Below, one piece after another: positions 19,559 through 28,760 of a DNA stretch of 60,292 nt. Position 1 is the stretch's first letter, and every line of letters begins with the position of its first letter. Made by a program: the position numbers and the translations under genes. The notes below the pieces were generated by a model. It was not told where the DNA came from and ran no database searches. It worked only from the letters and a program-made list of their open reading frames with translations. The stretch comes from a virus (Duplodnaviria; Caudoviricetes), in the IMG/VR virus record IMGVR_UViG_3300023184_000002, positions 1-60,292 of that record. The stretch is one strand, 5' to 3'.

Positions 19559-20806
19559 TTAAAAAGCCCACTCAACTTCTTTTAAGGCTTCTTTTTCAGC
19601 CTTGGTCAACTTTGGCTTAACTTCTGAGCATCGGGTCAACAAGGTTGAGTTGGCATCTTTGTAAGTATCAAAGCCCTTGACCGTTCCCTTCAAGTTGACC
19701 GTGCTACCAATTTCAGCATCAAATCCACCCGTTGAGAACCATTTGAATCGGGCACCCTCGGCGATGAAAGTGAAAATCTGAACCCAGCCATAGGCACCAT
19801 TAAAACCGTGGATACCAACAACTTTGGCTTGGTTCAACACCAACTTGGTTCCAGTTTCAGCAAACTGGGTTTGGATGGTGACTTCGCCTTCGATTTCCAA
19901 ACGCTTCTCGGCTTCAGCCTTGGCTTTAATTGCTTCCAACTCAACTTTTTTCAAAACTGGGATAATTGAAACAAGCAAGCCAATCAAAGATGGAAACGCA
20001 AACTCGCTTTCCAAAGCAACCTTCAAGTTGTCGTAGTAACCACCTGATTTGTCGGCTACAAACTTGCGACCCTCAACAATCAACGCTTCTGCTTGAGCCG
20101 TGTATTTACCTGATTCCAAAGAAGCAAGACCAGCAGTAAAAGGCTTTGGACCGTAATAACGCGAATCTGATTCTTCTTTGACTTGAAAGTCGTAGTCAAT
20201 TACGGCATCTTTGGTAGAACCCGTGTTACCAGACTTTACATAACCACCAACAATTTCATTAATAACTACAAGAGCCGTTTCCAAAATGTACACGCTAGTT
20301 TTTGGACTCTCACCGCCACTGCTGTAACCACGGAATGATTCTTCCAAATCTTTTTCCGAATCAATGAAACTTGGACTGAAAGCCCAGCCTAAGAAATCTT
20401 TGGTACAAGTAGAGCCAACAACTTTTCGTTCACCTTCAGCGTTTTCAACTACAACTTGGTAGTTACGCTTACGGTTAGTTCCACAGTGGTCACATGCGTT
20501 CTGCTTGACCAATGAACGGTCAATCTCGGCACCTTCATAGTTTGGTGAAGATTTGGTGATGAACAACTCGGTTTCTGGAACCCATTCAATGACACCAACA
20601 AAAGTCCAGCCACCAATTTCATAAGGTGTGCCAGTCACCGCAATTTCGTAATAAACCGCTTCGTTTTCAGGATTTACTTTTTTGATAAGTTCAACTGAAT
20701 AGCCACCATTCAAGCCTTTTTTGTTGGCTCGCTTGACTAATTTTTGTGCTTTTTCAAGAGATGCTTGGGCTGATAACGGGTCAACCACCCAACTGTAATT
20801 TTCCAT
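19559..20806 (-). CDS. Hypothetical protein with Zn-binding Cys motifs and a C-terminal OB-fold-like region
   Basis: CDHCGTNRKR...VGSTC; C-terminal FKWFST...LKGTVKGFDTYK...TLLTRC; has its own promoter. Confidence 0.7.
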   Translation of the reverse strand: MENYSWVVDPLSAQASLEKAQKLVKRANKKGLNGGYSVELIKKVNPENEAVYYEIAVTGTPYEIGGWTFVGVIEWVPETELFITKSSPNYEGAEIDRSLVKQNACDHCGTNRKRNYQVVVENAEGERKVVGSTCTKDFLGWAFSPSFIDSEKDLEESFRGYSSGGESPKTSVYILETALVVINEIVGGYVKSGNTGSTKDAVIDYDFQVKEESDSRYYGPKPFTAGLASLESGKYTAQAEALIVEGRKFVADKSGGYYDNLKVALESEFAFPSLIGLLVSIIPVLKKVELEAIKAKAEAEKRLEIEGEVTIQTQFAETGTKLVLNQAKVVGIHGFNGAYGWVQIFTFIAEGARFKWFSTGGFDAEIGSTVNLKGTVKGFDTYKDANSTLLTRCSEVKPKLTKAEKEALKEVEWAF

Positions 20807-20823
20807 TTATGCTCCTCGTCCTT

Positions 20824-20856
20824 ACACTTTAAGTATAACACACTTTGGGTTTAGTT
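20824..20856 (-). promoter_or_regulatory. Repeated phage promoter (AACTAAAC-N11-TAYA[AC]T)
   Basis: Minus strand AACTAAACCCAAAGTGTGTTATACTTAAAGTGT, followed by SD GAGGAG. Confidence 0.75.
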
Positions 20857-20861
20857 CCAAC

Positions 20862-21050
20862 TTAGCGATAACCAGCGTCATGAAGTGCTTTAAAAATTAA
20901 TGCCACATCTTTTTGGGCTTTTTCGTATCGGGCTGGTTCTACAACTGGGTCAAATACATAAGATTCATACGCTTGAAGCACGGAATCAAGTTTTGCTATT
21001 TGCTCTGCATTGAACTCAACGGTAATTGTGGTACCAATTTGGATTCCCAT
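20862..21050 (-). CDS. Hypothetical protein (start MGIQIG at 21050)
   Basis: SD AAGGA, downstream of a repeated promoter copy. Confidence 0.6.
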   Translation of the reverse strand: MGIQIGTTITVEFNAEQIAKLDSVLQAYESYVFDPVVEPARYEKAQKDVALIFKALHDAGYR

Positions 21051-21070
21051 AAGTGTCCTTTCTCGTCCTG

Positions 21071-21103
21071 ACACTTCAACTGTATCACACTTCTGGTTTA
21101 GTT
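21071..21103 (-). promoter_or_regulatory. Repeated phage promoter, variant copy
   Basis: Minus strand AACTAAACCAGAAGTGTGATACAGTTGAAGTGT. Confidence 0.65.
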
Positions 21104-21390
21104 TTAACCATTTCCCGTTCAGCCCGTTCTTCACGAACCATAGCCAAAGTCAAAAAATAACCAATCCCATCAATAATGGTGTCAGGTTTAGACTTGTGAA
21201 CCTCACGAGCAATCTTCACCCCAATCATGCACAAAGCAACTTGTTCAGCACTCACAGGCACACCAAGAATGGACTCCCAAATCAACCCAGCACGAGAAAA
21301 ATCGTCCAACGGATGACCGTACTCATCATTCCTATCTCCACTCACTAAACTCGCCGCATAAGACGCAATGTCAGCAGGATGTTGCATCAC
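21085..21390 (-). CDS. DUF6378-like protein (putative nucleotide diphosphohydrolase fold)
   Basis: LVSGDRNDEYGHPLDDF..AGLIW...VALCMIGVKIAR...DTIIDGIGY. Confidence 0.75.
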   Translation of the reverse strand: MMQHPADIASYAASLVSGDRNDEYGHPLDDFSRAGLIWESILGVPVSAEQVALCMIGVKIAREVHKSKPDTIIDGIGYFLTLAMVREERAEREMVKTKPEV

Positions 21391-22583
21391 AAAACCTCCA
21401 AATCTGCTACCCGTTTATCAGGATAAACCGCAAAAGTCAGAATACCAGCCTGAGAATGTTCACCCGACACCAAACGCCACCACTCCGAACCCGAATCTAA
21501 AGCAGGAGCCTGTAACCACATGCACCCACCCCAATCAGCCTGACGCAAATGATGATAATGACCCGTGACAAGAATGTCAGAATTGCCAATGTTATGTTTA
21601 CCGCCAGCCATTTTGTTAAACCAGCCATGCAACTTGGCTTCAGCCGTACCACCAGAACGAGCCACATGTCCATGAGTCAAACCAAGAATCCAACCAGCAA
21701 TCTCAACCGTGATAGTTAAATGGTCTTTAGGCAAAACGAACTCAACATGCCCATAAGCCTCTTTATTGGAAGCAAGAATTTCAGCAACTTGTTCCACAAC
21801 AGCCAAATCATCATTATCGCCAAAAGTCGTGTAAGCCTTACCTGAACCGCCACGATTTTCCCCATGATTACCGCCAACAGCAACCACAACAACTTTGTCA
21901 AAAATTTTTGACCATCTAATAATTGAATCACGCAACAAACGGCGAGTTAATTTAACTTGGTCACGCCTGTCTAACTCAACACCAAAAGTTTGCATTGCAT
22001 AAAACCCAACACAACCCTCAACGCTATCCCCAGGCCAGAGAATAAAAAGAGTTCCAAGCGAGCGACCAATTTTACGCAATTCCCGAACTCGCGTTTCAAC
22101 ATCGTCAATGCCTTTTAAAACTCTTTTGACAGTTCCATCAGTACCTTCTTTGCCAATTTGCCAATCAGCCAACACCACACAAAAAGCACCGTCCCCAACA
22201 GGAACTTTTTTAGATGGCTTATGTTTTTTAATTTCATCAACTAATTCGCTAACATCTAATTGCTCAGAACCCTGAACACGGCGAATAATTTTGGCTTTCC
22301 ACTGTCTAAATAATTGAGGTCCATCAGCCGTAGCCCCATGCCAAGCGTTAAAAAGAACAGGTTCAACAACTTGGTATTCATCAGGATTCAACTCAAACAC
22401 AGACAGCACAGCAGACCACTCAGGAGGGTCGGTACCAGCAATGGCATCTGTAGTTACAGTTCCGCTATTACCGTCCCAGACTGCCCCTGAACGCCATTCA
22501 GCATCCTTTTTACGAGTAGGCTCCATTGTTTTACCAGCCTCAACTGGTTCCAACAATTGCTGAATTTCATCATCAAGGTTCAC
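21387..22583 (-). CDS. Calcineurin-like metallophosphoesterase (Mre11/SbcD-like)
   Basis: ADWQIG, GDSVEG, GNHGE, THGH and TGHYHH motifs. Confidence 0.85.
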   Translation of the reverse strand: MNLDDEIQQLLEPVEAGKTMEPTRKKDAEWRSGAVWDGNSGTVTTDAIAGTDPPEWSAVLSVFELNPDEYQVVEPVLFNAWHGATADGPQLFRQWKAKIIRRVQGSEQLDVSELVDEIKKHKPSKKVPVGDGAFCVVLADWQIGKEGTDGTVKRVLKGIDDVETRVRELRKIGRSLGTLFILWPGDSVEGCVGFYAMQTFGVELDRRDQVKLTRRLLRDSIIRWSKIFDKVVVVAVGGNHGENRGGSGKAYTTFGDNDDLAVVEQVAEILASNKEAYGHVEFVLPKDHLTITVEIAGWILGLTHGHVARSGGTAEAKLHGWFNKMAGGKHNIGNSDILVTGHYHHLRQADWGGCMWLQAPALDSGSEWWRLVSGEHSQAGILTFAVYPDKRVADLEVL

Positions 22584-22957
22584 TTAGGGCACCTGCACCC
22601 CGACCCAAAAAGTCGTTTTCTATGACGCAAAATGCTGGAATAACTAATGGCAAAACCATGGCGATTTAATAAATCAGCAATTTTAGTTGCTTGCACAGAT
22701 GGATTATCAAAAACTTTTTTTAATTGTGAGATTTGAGCATCATCAACTTGACTGAGAATCCACTCAACTTTGCATTGACTAGCACCACGAGCATTTTCAT
22801 CAAGTGAACTCAAATCGTCATTACTGAGCGTTATTTTCTGCTTTGCATCTTGAACATCTGATGCTCCAAGGACGGGTGACTTTGAGGGCAATGATTCTAT
22901 TACATCTCCAGCACCTTGGGACTTTATCTGTTTTGGCGTTCCTGCCATAAGGGTCAA
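22580..22957 (-). CDS. Hypothetical protein with a C-terminal HTH and CxC
   Basis: IADLLNRHGFAISYSSILRHRKR...CRC; coupled to the phosphoesterase. Confidence 0.6.
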   Translation of the reverse strand: MTLMAGTPKQIKSQGAGDVIESLPSKSPVLGASDVQDAKQKITLSNDDLSSLDENARGASQCKVEWILSQVDDAQISQLKKVFDNPSVQATKIADLLNRHGFAISYSSILRHRKRLFGSGCRCPK

Positions 22958-22962
22958 CTCCT

Positions 22963-23199
22963 TCAGTCATTTTGTGCGCTCCATTGCTCACCGCAATCTA
23001 GACACATGGATAATTTCCCTTCCCCCATAGTGGCAAGATTAGTGATAGAACTGTGGGAACATCCGTCAATTGGCGTGTCGTTATTAACAACCGAAGGATT
23101 GTTTTCCACAATCGAACTCACAAGAGCAAGCCTAACAGCCTGAAGTTGCATAATTGCTGAATCAAGGGATTGAATACAAGCCAATTGTTCGGAAGTCAT
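22963..23199 (-). CDS. Hypothetical protein with a C-terminal Zn ribbon
   Basis: CSH...CLDCG; ATGA overlap with the upstream gene. Confidence 0.55.
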   Translation of the reverse strand: MTSEQLACIQSLDSAIMQLQAVRLALVSSIVENNPSVVNNDTPIDGCSHSSITNLATMGEGKLSMCLDCGEQWSAQND

Positions 23200-23591
23200 A
23201 GTTGCAACATACACCTAAAATTGGCACTTACATGAGGTCGGTCATTTGTATCCCCACCCATAGGTAACAAAGAACTTACTGGAGCAATTCTAAGAACAGT
23301 AATGCCAGACAAAGTGGCATTAGACACCTGACTCAGCAAAAGACGAATAGATTGCGCTGTATCCCGTGCAGTGGGGTAATCCTCTGGTGCAGACCGAACA
23401 ATAATTTGAATAGAAGGATTATCAAAAAGAACATTTCCCATTGTAAAATCAGGAGTACCGCCCTCATTTTCATAAACACCAATACAAACATCAGGTTTAT
23501 CGGGCATCAAACCAAGAAAAATGTCAGTCCCAAGCGTTCCATAACCTTGAGCAACCAAATAATTACCAACAGCCTCAAGAATTGTACTCAT
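23196..23591 (-). CDS. Tail terminator / tail completion protein
   Basis: GTDIFLGLMPDKPD...PSIQIIVRS...GDTNDRP.VSANF; start MSTILE. Confidence 0.8.
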   Translation of the reverse strand: MSTILEAVGNYLVAQGYGTLGTDIFLGLMPDKPDVCIGVYENEGGTPDFTMGNVLFDNPSIQIIVRSAPEDYPTARDTAQSIRLLLSQVSNATLSGITVLRIAPVSSLLPMGGDTNDRPHVSANFRCMLQL

Positions 23592-23998
23592 ACACTGCCT
23601 CCAGTCCATAACCTGCGTAACATGTCATTCATCCTAATGGCAATGTTTTTTTGCAAATACCTAGAACGTTCGTTGACAGGACGTTCCAAAAATTTACGTT
23701 GCGTAGGCCTGCGGTGTTTTGAATACGATTCATGAACCCACATTGCATAACTACTAGCAGGTCCACCATAACCAATTTCAGAATAAGTAATTTTTCCTTC
23801 AGTTTTAGGAGGATTTACATAGCCTGAACCTTTTAAAGCACCAGTAGCCACAGGAACAAGCAATTGAGAACGAGCAAAAATAACTTGAGCCTCTTCATTC
23901 AAAGCCTGAGTAAATAATGGGTCAAGACTACGAGGAGCCGTATTTAAGGCATACTGCAACTCTTTAAGACCAGACCATTCGATTTTTGTAGAAGCCAC
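23588..23998 (-). CDS. HK97 gp10-like neck protein
   Basis: LVPVATGALKGSG...YAMWVHE...KFLERP. Confidence 0.8.
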   Translation of the reverse strand: MASTKIEWSGLKELQYALNTAPRSLDPLFTQALNEEAQVIFARSQLLVPVATGALKGSGYVNPPKTEGKITYSEIGYGGPASSYAMWVHESYSKHRRPTQRKFLERPVNERSRYLQKNIAIRMNDMLRRLWTGGSV

Positions 23999-24000
23999 AA

Positions 24001-24330
24001 TTACCTACCAAATTTAATAACAGCATGATGATACATCGCAGTTTCATCAGAAATTACTGACACAGAAACGATTGGAGGAGTAGAACCATCAGGCAACAAC
24101 AACTTAGAATTCACAGTTACCGTAGACACATCATCAGCCGTGATAATGCGACCAGAAGATAAAACATCACGCCCATCATTATCTTTATTCAACTGCGTAT
24201 CAAAGATAAGACGGCATTTAAATTTTTTACCTGAACCCTTAGAACGCTTACCGTAAGAATCCGTAGTCGTATAAGGATAAATGGTCACAGAATCAACCAT
24301 CAATTCAACAAGTTCAGCATCAATAGCCAT
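24001..24330 (-). CDS. Head closure (stopper) protein
   Basis: VTIYP...DSYGK...LLLPDG; position after the adaptor. Confidence 0.7.
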   Translation of the reverse strand: MAIDAELVELMVDSVTIYPYTTTDSYGKRSKGSGKKFKCRLIFDTQLNKDNDGRDVLSSGRIITADDVSTVTVNSKLLLPDGSTPPIVSVSVISDETAMYHHAVIKFGR

Positions 24331-24752
24331 TAAAACGACCTGTTATCAGTCATGCCTTCAAAGAAATCAGTCCTACGAGGTGAACTAAAATCACGGTCAG
24401 AAGTGGCAAGCAAATTATTACGAGCAACAACAGGAGTAGCAGGAAACAACCTAGCCCTCTGCTCCGCCAACTCATCAGACAATTTAGTGTATTCATCAGC
24501 CTTAGCAGTGTAAGACTTAGAAATTGTTAAATCGCCAACAGTACGAGTGATGTGGTCAGCCTGACGAGTGAACTTGGCCGCTATACGCTCCGCACAAGCC
24601 CTACCAGCCTCATACACATTACCCCAAGTAGTCAGCATGTAAGTGTACTCTTCATCTGACATAAGCACATCAGTGCTGTCAGTATCCCAAAGCAAAAAGC
24701 GAATCAAATCCAAATCAGAATTTGCTGGGTCGCCAGTATAAGTAAAAGACAT
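24330..24752 (-). CDS. Head-tail adaptor protein
   Basis: FTYTGDP...IRFLLWDTD...LMSDEE...VGDLTIS. Confidence 0.8.
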   Translation of the reverse strand: MSFTYTGDPANSDLDLIRFLLWDTDSTDVLMSDEEYTYMLTTWGNVYEAGRACAERIAAKFTRQADHITRTVGDLTISKSYTAKADEYTKLSDELAEQRARLFPATPVVARNNLLATSDRDFSSPRRTDFFEGMTDNRSF

Positions 24753-24773
24753 AAAGACTCCTTAAAGTAAAAG

Positions 24774-24793
24774 AGCGACCCTTTCAGGTCGCT
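24774..24793 (-). terminator. Intrinsic terminator after the capsid genes
   Basis: AGCGACC/GGTCGCT stem followed by CTTTTACTTT on the minus strand. Confidence 0.6.
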
Positions 24794-24797
24794 ACTT

Positions 24798-25037
24798 CTA
24801 CTCTACATCTGTAGTAGGTTTAGCAACTTTTTTTGTTGCCGTAGTTTTTTTAGGCTCTTCAGCCTTGGCTTCTTGAGGTTCATTCTGCCCCTGTTTGACG
24901 AGGAAGGAACTCAAGTACCTAGTAGCCACTAATTTGTGAACATGTTTCCATGTTGACACCTCAACGATGTCGCCACTTTGGTAACGAGTTCCGTTCCCGT
25001 CAAACGGACGCAGTACCTCGCGGTACTGCTTAGTCAT
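24798..25037 (-). CDS. Small post-capsid protein
   Basis: VLRPFDGNG..YQSGDIV with a Lys/Glu-rich tail; follows the MCP. Confidence 0.65.
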   Translation of the reverse strand: MTKQYREVLRPFDGNGTRYQSGDIVEVSTWKHVHKLVATRYLSSFLVKQGQNEPQEAKAEEPKKTTATKKVAKPTTDVE

Positions 25038-25038
25038 G

Positions 25039-26016
25039 TTATGCAACCACCGAAGCGAGGTAAACGCCTAGGTCAGTGCCGATAATCTTGTTATCGAACG
25101 CCATTTCAGCCTCAACACGAGTAGCCTTGATGCTTTCCATGCGGAACTGTGAAGTACCGATGCTCTGACCAAGACCGCCTGAAACACCATTCCAAGCGAA
25201 GGTGTAACCAGCAGAAGGAGTCAAGAGGCCTGGGTTTGGAGCAACATGGCAAAGAAGAGCAGACTTTCCAACATTAAACGAGTAAGCACCAGTAGCACCT
25301 TCGTTGTTGGTTGCCTTTACTGACTTAGCAACAAGCACACGGTCAACACCGAACATACGAGCAATCATGTCTTCGGTAATAACATTTGAAGAGGTGTACT
25401 TGATACGGTCAACCAAATCAGGGTGATTCTTCAACTTGCGGAATACCGAGTAACCAAGGACAAGGGTATTAGCCTCAAAACCTGTGGTTGAAAGAATTGT
25501 TTCTTTTGCAAGTTCAATGTCTTCCAATGGGTCAGAGTTAGCAAAATCGCTCCACTGCTTGAATTCATTGGTAGAAGGTGTGCCAGAAACACCAGTTAGG
25601 TCAGTACCCCAAACACCAGTCTTAATGAAGTCAGAAACAAACTGAATTTCCTTACGAAGAAGCATACGGTTTGTTACAAACTCGGCCGCTTCACGAAGCG
25701 GTGACAAAGGTGCATCAGAGTTAGCAAGTGTCTGGTCGCCAACATCCTTGTGGAATGCGAATACTTCTGCACTGTAAGTATCAGTGTTAAGGCTGTAGCC
25801 CGAACCTGCTGACTCAGTAGCATCTGCACGGCGTTGTGCCTCATCGCGGAACCAATCGTTCTTGGTGTAGGTGAAGAACTTGTTGCTCTTCTTATCTACA
25901 GGAACAACAGGAAAAACCTTGTCGGCAATGTAGTTCTCAGCCTTTTGCATGTAAGCAACTGAGATGTTAGTGAGAATAGCGTCAATGTGAACGCTATTAA
26001 TGGATGGCTGTGGCAT
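25039..26016 (-). CDS. Major capsid protein
   Basis: HIDAILTNISVAY...IADKVFPVVPVDK, WSDFANSDPLEDI, LKNHPDLVDRIKYT; follows scaffold and decoration genes. Confidence 0.9.
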   Translation of the reverse strand: MPQPSINSVHIDAILTNISVAYMQKAENYIADKVFPVVPVDKKSNKFFTYTKNDWFRDEAQRRADATESAGSGYSLNTDTYSAEVFAFHKDVGDQTLANSDAPLSPLREAAEFVTNRMLLRKEIQFVSDFIKTGVWGTDLTGVSGTPSTNEFKQWSDFANSDPLEDIELAKETILSTTGFEANTLVLGYSVFRKLKNHPDLVDRIKYTSSNVITEDMIARMFGVDRVLVAKSVKATNNEGATGAYSFNVGKSALLCHVAPNPGLLTPSAGYTFAWNGVSGGLGQSIGTSQFRMESIKATRVEAEMAFDNKIIGTDLGVYLASVVA

Positions 26017-26029
26017 TAGTTAACTCCTC

Positions 26030-26422
26030 TTAGTTAGCCCGTGTAGCGTTGGCACAATTGACAACGGCTGTAACAACATTTCCGTCTGCTCCAGAAGCAG
26101 AAATCAATGAACCGACAACATACTTTGTGGTATCTGTAGTTGCAAGAGCAACTGCTTTACCTGTAGAACCAGTGCCAATTGCACTTGGTAGAGTAATCGC
26201 CGCACCAGCAACAATTTTGGTTCCACCAACAATTAGAACTTCTGCTTCTTGACCTGAAAGCGGAGCATTCTGAAGAACGCCAACAGGTACATCTGTAGCG
26301 GCCGCAATAGCAATTGCCTGACCACTGGAGTTCAACTTAACAAAGTTGTACTGTAAAGCGGAAAGGTCTGCACCTGCAACAAGTGTTATCTTTACGCTGT
26401 AATTACTGAATTCGTATGCCAT
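26030..26422 (-). CDS. Capsid decoration/cement protein (DUF2190-like)
   Basis: AGADLSALQYNFVK...PVGVLQNAP...G.TKIVAGAAI. Confidence 0.8.
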   Translation of the reverse strand: MAYEFSNYSVKITLVAGADLSALQYNFVKLNSSGQAIAIAAATDVPVGVLQNAPLSGQEAEVLIVGGTKIVAGAAITLPSAIGTGSTGKAVALATTDTTKYVVGSLISASGADGNVVTAVVNCANATRAN

Positions 26423-26428
26423 GGTTAA

Positions 26429-27199
26429 TTAAGCACCTTTCTCGTTTAGGTATTGTGCGTACAATGACGGCTCGGCTGATGCAATGTCAGCAAAAGCCTG
26501 TTCAAATGTGTTTGCTTCACCAGCAGAAACCATGGACTTAGCCATTGATTCCATCTGTGAGAAAGCATTTCCCGTATTGGCTGAAGTGCGACCAATTTCG
26601 GCAAAAATGTTTGCTGATTCAGCCTGAGCGTTAACACTCTCAAGAACTGCTTCAACAGATTTTGCTAGAACTTCATCGGTTTCTGCCAACTTACGAAGGG
26701 CAGGTCCAACATTTTCTGCATCTAGTGAAAGGTGTGACCATGAGCGAGCCTTAGCAACTGCCTCTGCATCTGCACGGGCATCACGCTCTGACTTTAAAAC
26801 GGCTTCAACTTCTGTAGCCTTAGCAACTGCTTCTTCTGCTTGCTTACGCAAAACTTCAAAAGCCTTCTGCACAGGCTCTGGGGCTGATTTGATTACTTCT
26901 TCATCGGTTTCATCAGCAGGAGCCTCAACTTCTGCGTCAACCTCTGTTGCTTCCTCAAGTTCAGCAATTCTTTCTTCTGCCTTTTGAAGCAAATTCATTG
27001 CTTCTTCAAGACGGGTTTCAATGGTTTCCGACATTGATTCCTCCTGTTTGATAACGGATGATTCAAGGAGTTCGTTAACAGATTCAGTAGAAGCAGATTT
27101 CATAACCAACCAACCATCATGCAAATGTGCAGGACGGTCAACGCCACTGGTTTCCTCAATGTCGAGATTAACCATTTTGCGAGTTGTTGTACGAGCCAT
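26429..27199 (-). CDS. Capsid scaffolding protein
   Basis: EETSGVDRPAH N-terminus, acidic coiled coil, C-terminal PSLYAQY; many hydrophobic-x-K-[SA] sites. Confidence 0.75.
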   Translation of the reverse strand: MARTTTRKMVNLDIEETSGVDRPAHLHDGWLVMKSASTESVNELLESSVIKQEESMSETIETRLEEAMNLLQKAEERIAELEEATEVDAEVEAPADETDEEVIKSAPEPVQKAFEVLRKQAEEAVAKATEVEAVLKSERDARADAEAVAKARSWSHLSLDAENVGPALRKLAETDEVLAKSVEAVLESVNAQAESANIFAEIGRTSANTGNAFSQMESMAKSMVSAGEANTFEQAFADIASAEPSLYAQYLNEKGA

Positions 27200-27302
27200 A
27201 ACATCCTCTGTTCTGAACATGCAGAATTAACTGCAAATCTTGACTTGCTCAAAATTAACACAAATCAATTACACTGAGGGTTTGACTTTGGGCGTGTCGG
27301 AT

Positions 27303-27497
27303 TTAACGACTCTGATAAAAACCAGTAGATGAACCGTGTTTAGAAACTTTGGTTGCACCCGTAATTACTCTTTTAGTTGCACCATTACCAATACGCAAAT
27401 CTAAAGTAGTTTGATTAGTTACACCAGTAACAATGGCATGATACACACGACCAGATTCACGATAACGAACTGAAGTGCCAACTTTAAAAATTTGCAT
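27303..27497 (-). CDS. Small SH3-like hypothetical protein (start MQIFKVG)
   Basis: Start overlaps the dps stop; FKVGTSVRY...AIVTGV. Confidence 0.55.
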   Translation of the reverse strand: MQIFKVGTSVRYRESGRVYHAIVTGVTNQTTLDLRIGNGATKRVITGATKVSKHGSSTGFYQSR

Positions 27498-27994
27498 TAC
27501 ATTCCCAAACTTGAACGAAGTTGCCAATCCCATTTTTTGTGCATGTCAATGCGTTCAGCAAGAAAATTAGCAATACCCTGCTCATTAGACGAGTTTGCAG
27601 AAGTGAAAGCCATGTTTAATGTATTAATCAGTTGAAGGTTTGCCTTCTGCAAATCTGATGCCATAGAACGGGGGTCATCAGCAGAACCAATAGTGGTTTC
27701 AGGCAAAGTTCGGTAAGCAATAAAATCAGACAACTTAAAAGGTGCATCCACCCCAAGTTTCAACATGTTTTCAGCCATAGGGTCAATTGAACTGTAAACA
27801 TCTTCATAAATTTCTTGAAAAAGTTCATGGTACTGCTGGAAATTAATGCCTTTAACATTCCAATGAAATCCGTGGGCACGGTGATAAAAAGTCACCACAT
27901 CAGCCAAAGTTGTACGCAAAAGCGAAGCAACATCAGCAACTGATTTATTCATAGCCCCAAAAGGAACATAATCATTATCGTTAGTCAGAAACAT
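27497..27994 (-). CDS. dps: Dps / ferritin-like DNA-protection protein
   Basis: HGFHWNVKG..FQQYHELFQEIY....D.MAE...HKKWDWQLRS Dps signature. Confidence 0.9.
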   Translation of the reverse strand: MFLTNDNDYVPFGAMNKSVADVASLLRTTLADVVTFYHRAHGFHWNVKGINFQQYHELFQEIYEDVYSSIDPMAENMLKLGVDAPFKLSDFIAYRTLPETTIGSADDPRSMASDLQKANLQLINTLNMAFTSANSSNEQGIANFLAERIDMHKKWDWQLRSSLGM

Positions 27995-28760
27995 CTTCGT
28001 CAGACACCTTCAAATCTTTTTTGGGCTTCTTTTTTTGCCCACCCATAACAGTATCCACATGAACAGTGTTCACTGTCGGACCCGACACGGTAGAAGTTCC
28101 ATCTTCTTTAGCAACTGGTAAATCAACTTCAAGACGCTGGGCACGACCACCAATTGAATAACCCATCAACTTGCCAGCCTTAACCATTTCCCAAGCCCAT
28201 GGTTCCCAAACAACACCAAGAAAAACAGTGTCTTTAGGAAAAGTAACATCTTCCATGGTTCCATCAGATTTTTGCATAGGAACTGAAACTTCGTAAGGCC
28301 ACGCCATGACTTCAACCCATTCACCAGCCACAACATCTTTATTGTGCTGAAGTCGGATTCGGCGGTCATCTTTACGCACATAATCCCAAACCGATTTTTG
28401 CAACTCTTCAGAACTTGTCCATTCACCATGAGCATCAACACGGTCAGGAACATACATTGGGCCTAAAGTGTATCGGTCTTCATTAACAGCCTTTGAAACT
28501 AAAGACATTTTTTGTACAGATTCTTCAGCATACTTGTCAAAAAATCCTTCATCATAAAGAGTTGAAACATCGTAATCAGCATTGTCCCATTCGGCAGGAA
28601 TAGCCATAACAATGTTTGAATTTTTTAAACTCTGATAAGTAGATTCTAAACTTTTCCATGCTTGCAAAGATTCGGCATCGGTAATGTATTGACTATCATT
28701 TTCCTTTATACCAGCCTGAACTTCCTGTGACATTAGTTCAAGAGTGCGACTATCAAGCAT
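27981..28760 (-). CDS. XkdF-like prohead serine protease
   Basis: YVPDRVDAHGEW...RLQH...FLGVVW...WEMVKAGKLMGYSIGG. Confidence 0.85.
   Translation of the reverse strand: MLDSRTLELMSQEVQAGIKENDSQYITDAESLQAWKSLESTYQSLKNSNIVMAIPAEWDNADYDVSTLYDEGFFDKYAEESVQKMSLVSKAVNEDRYTLGPMYVPDRVDAHGEWTSSEELQKSVWDYVRKDDRRIRLQHNKDVVAGEWVEVMAWPYEVSVPMQKSDGTMEDVTFPKDTVFLGVVWEPWAWEMVKAGKLMGYSIGGRAQRLEVDLPVAKEDGTSTVSGPTVNTVHVDTVMGGQKKKPKKDLKVSDEDVSD

Noticed and set aside
19291-19560. tRNA or riboswitch in the long intergenic region
   Set aside because: No cloverleaf or recognisable aptamer; explained by a promoter, leader and terminator hairpin, though a covariance search was not possible
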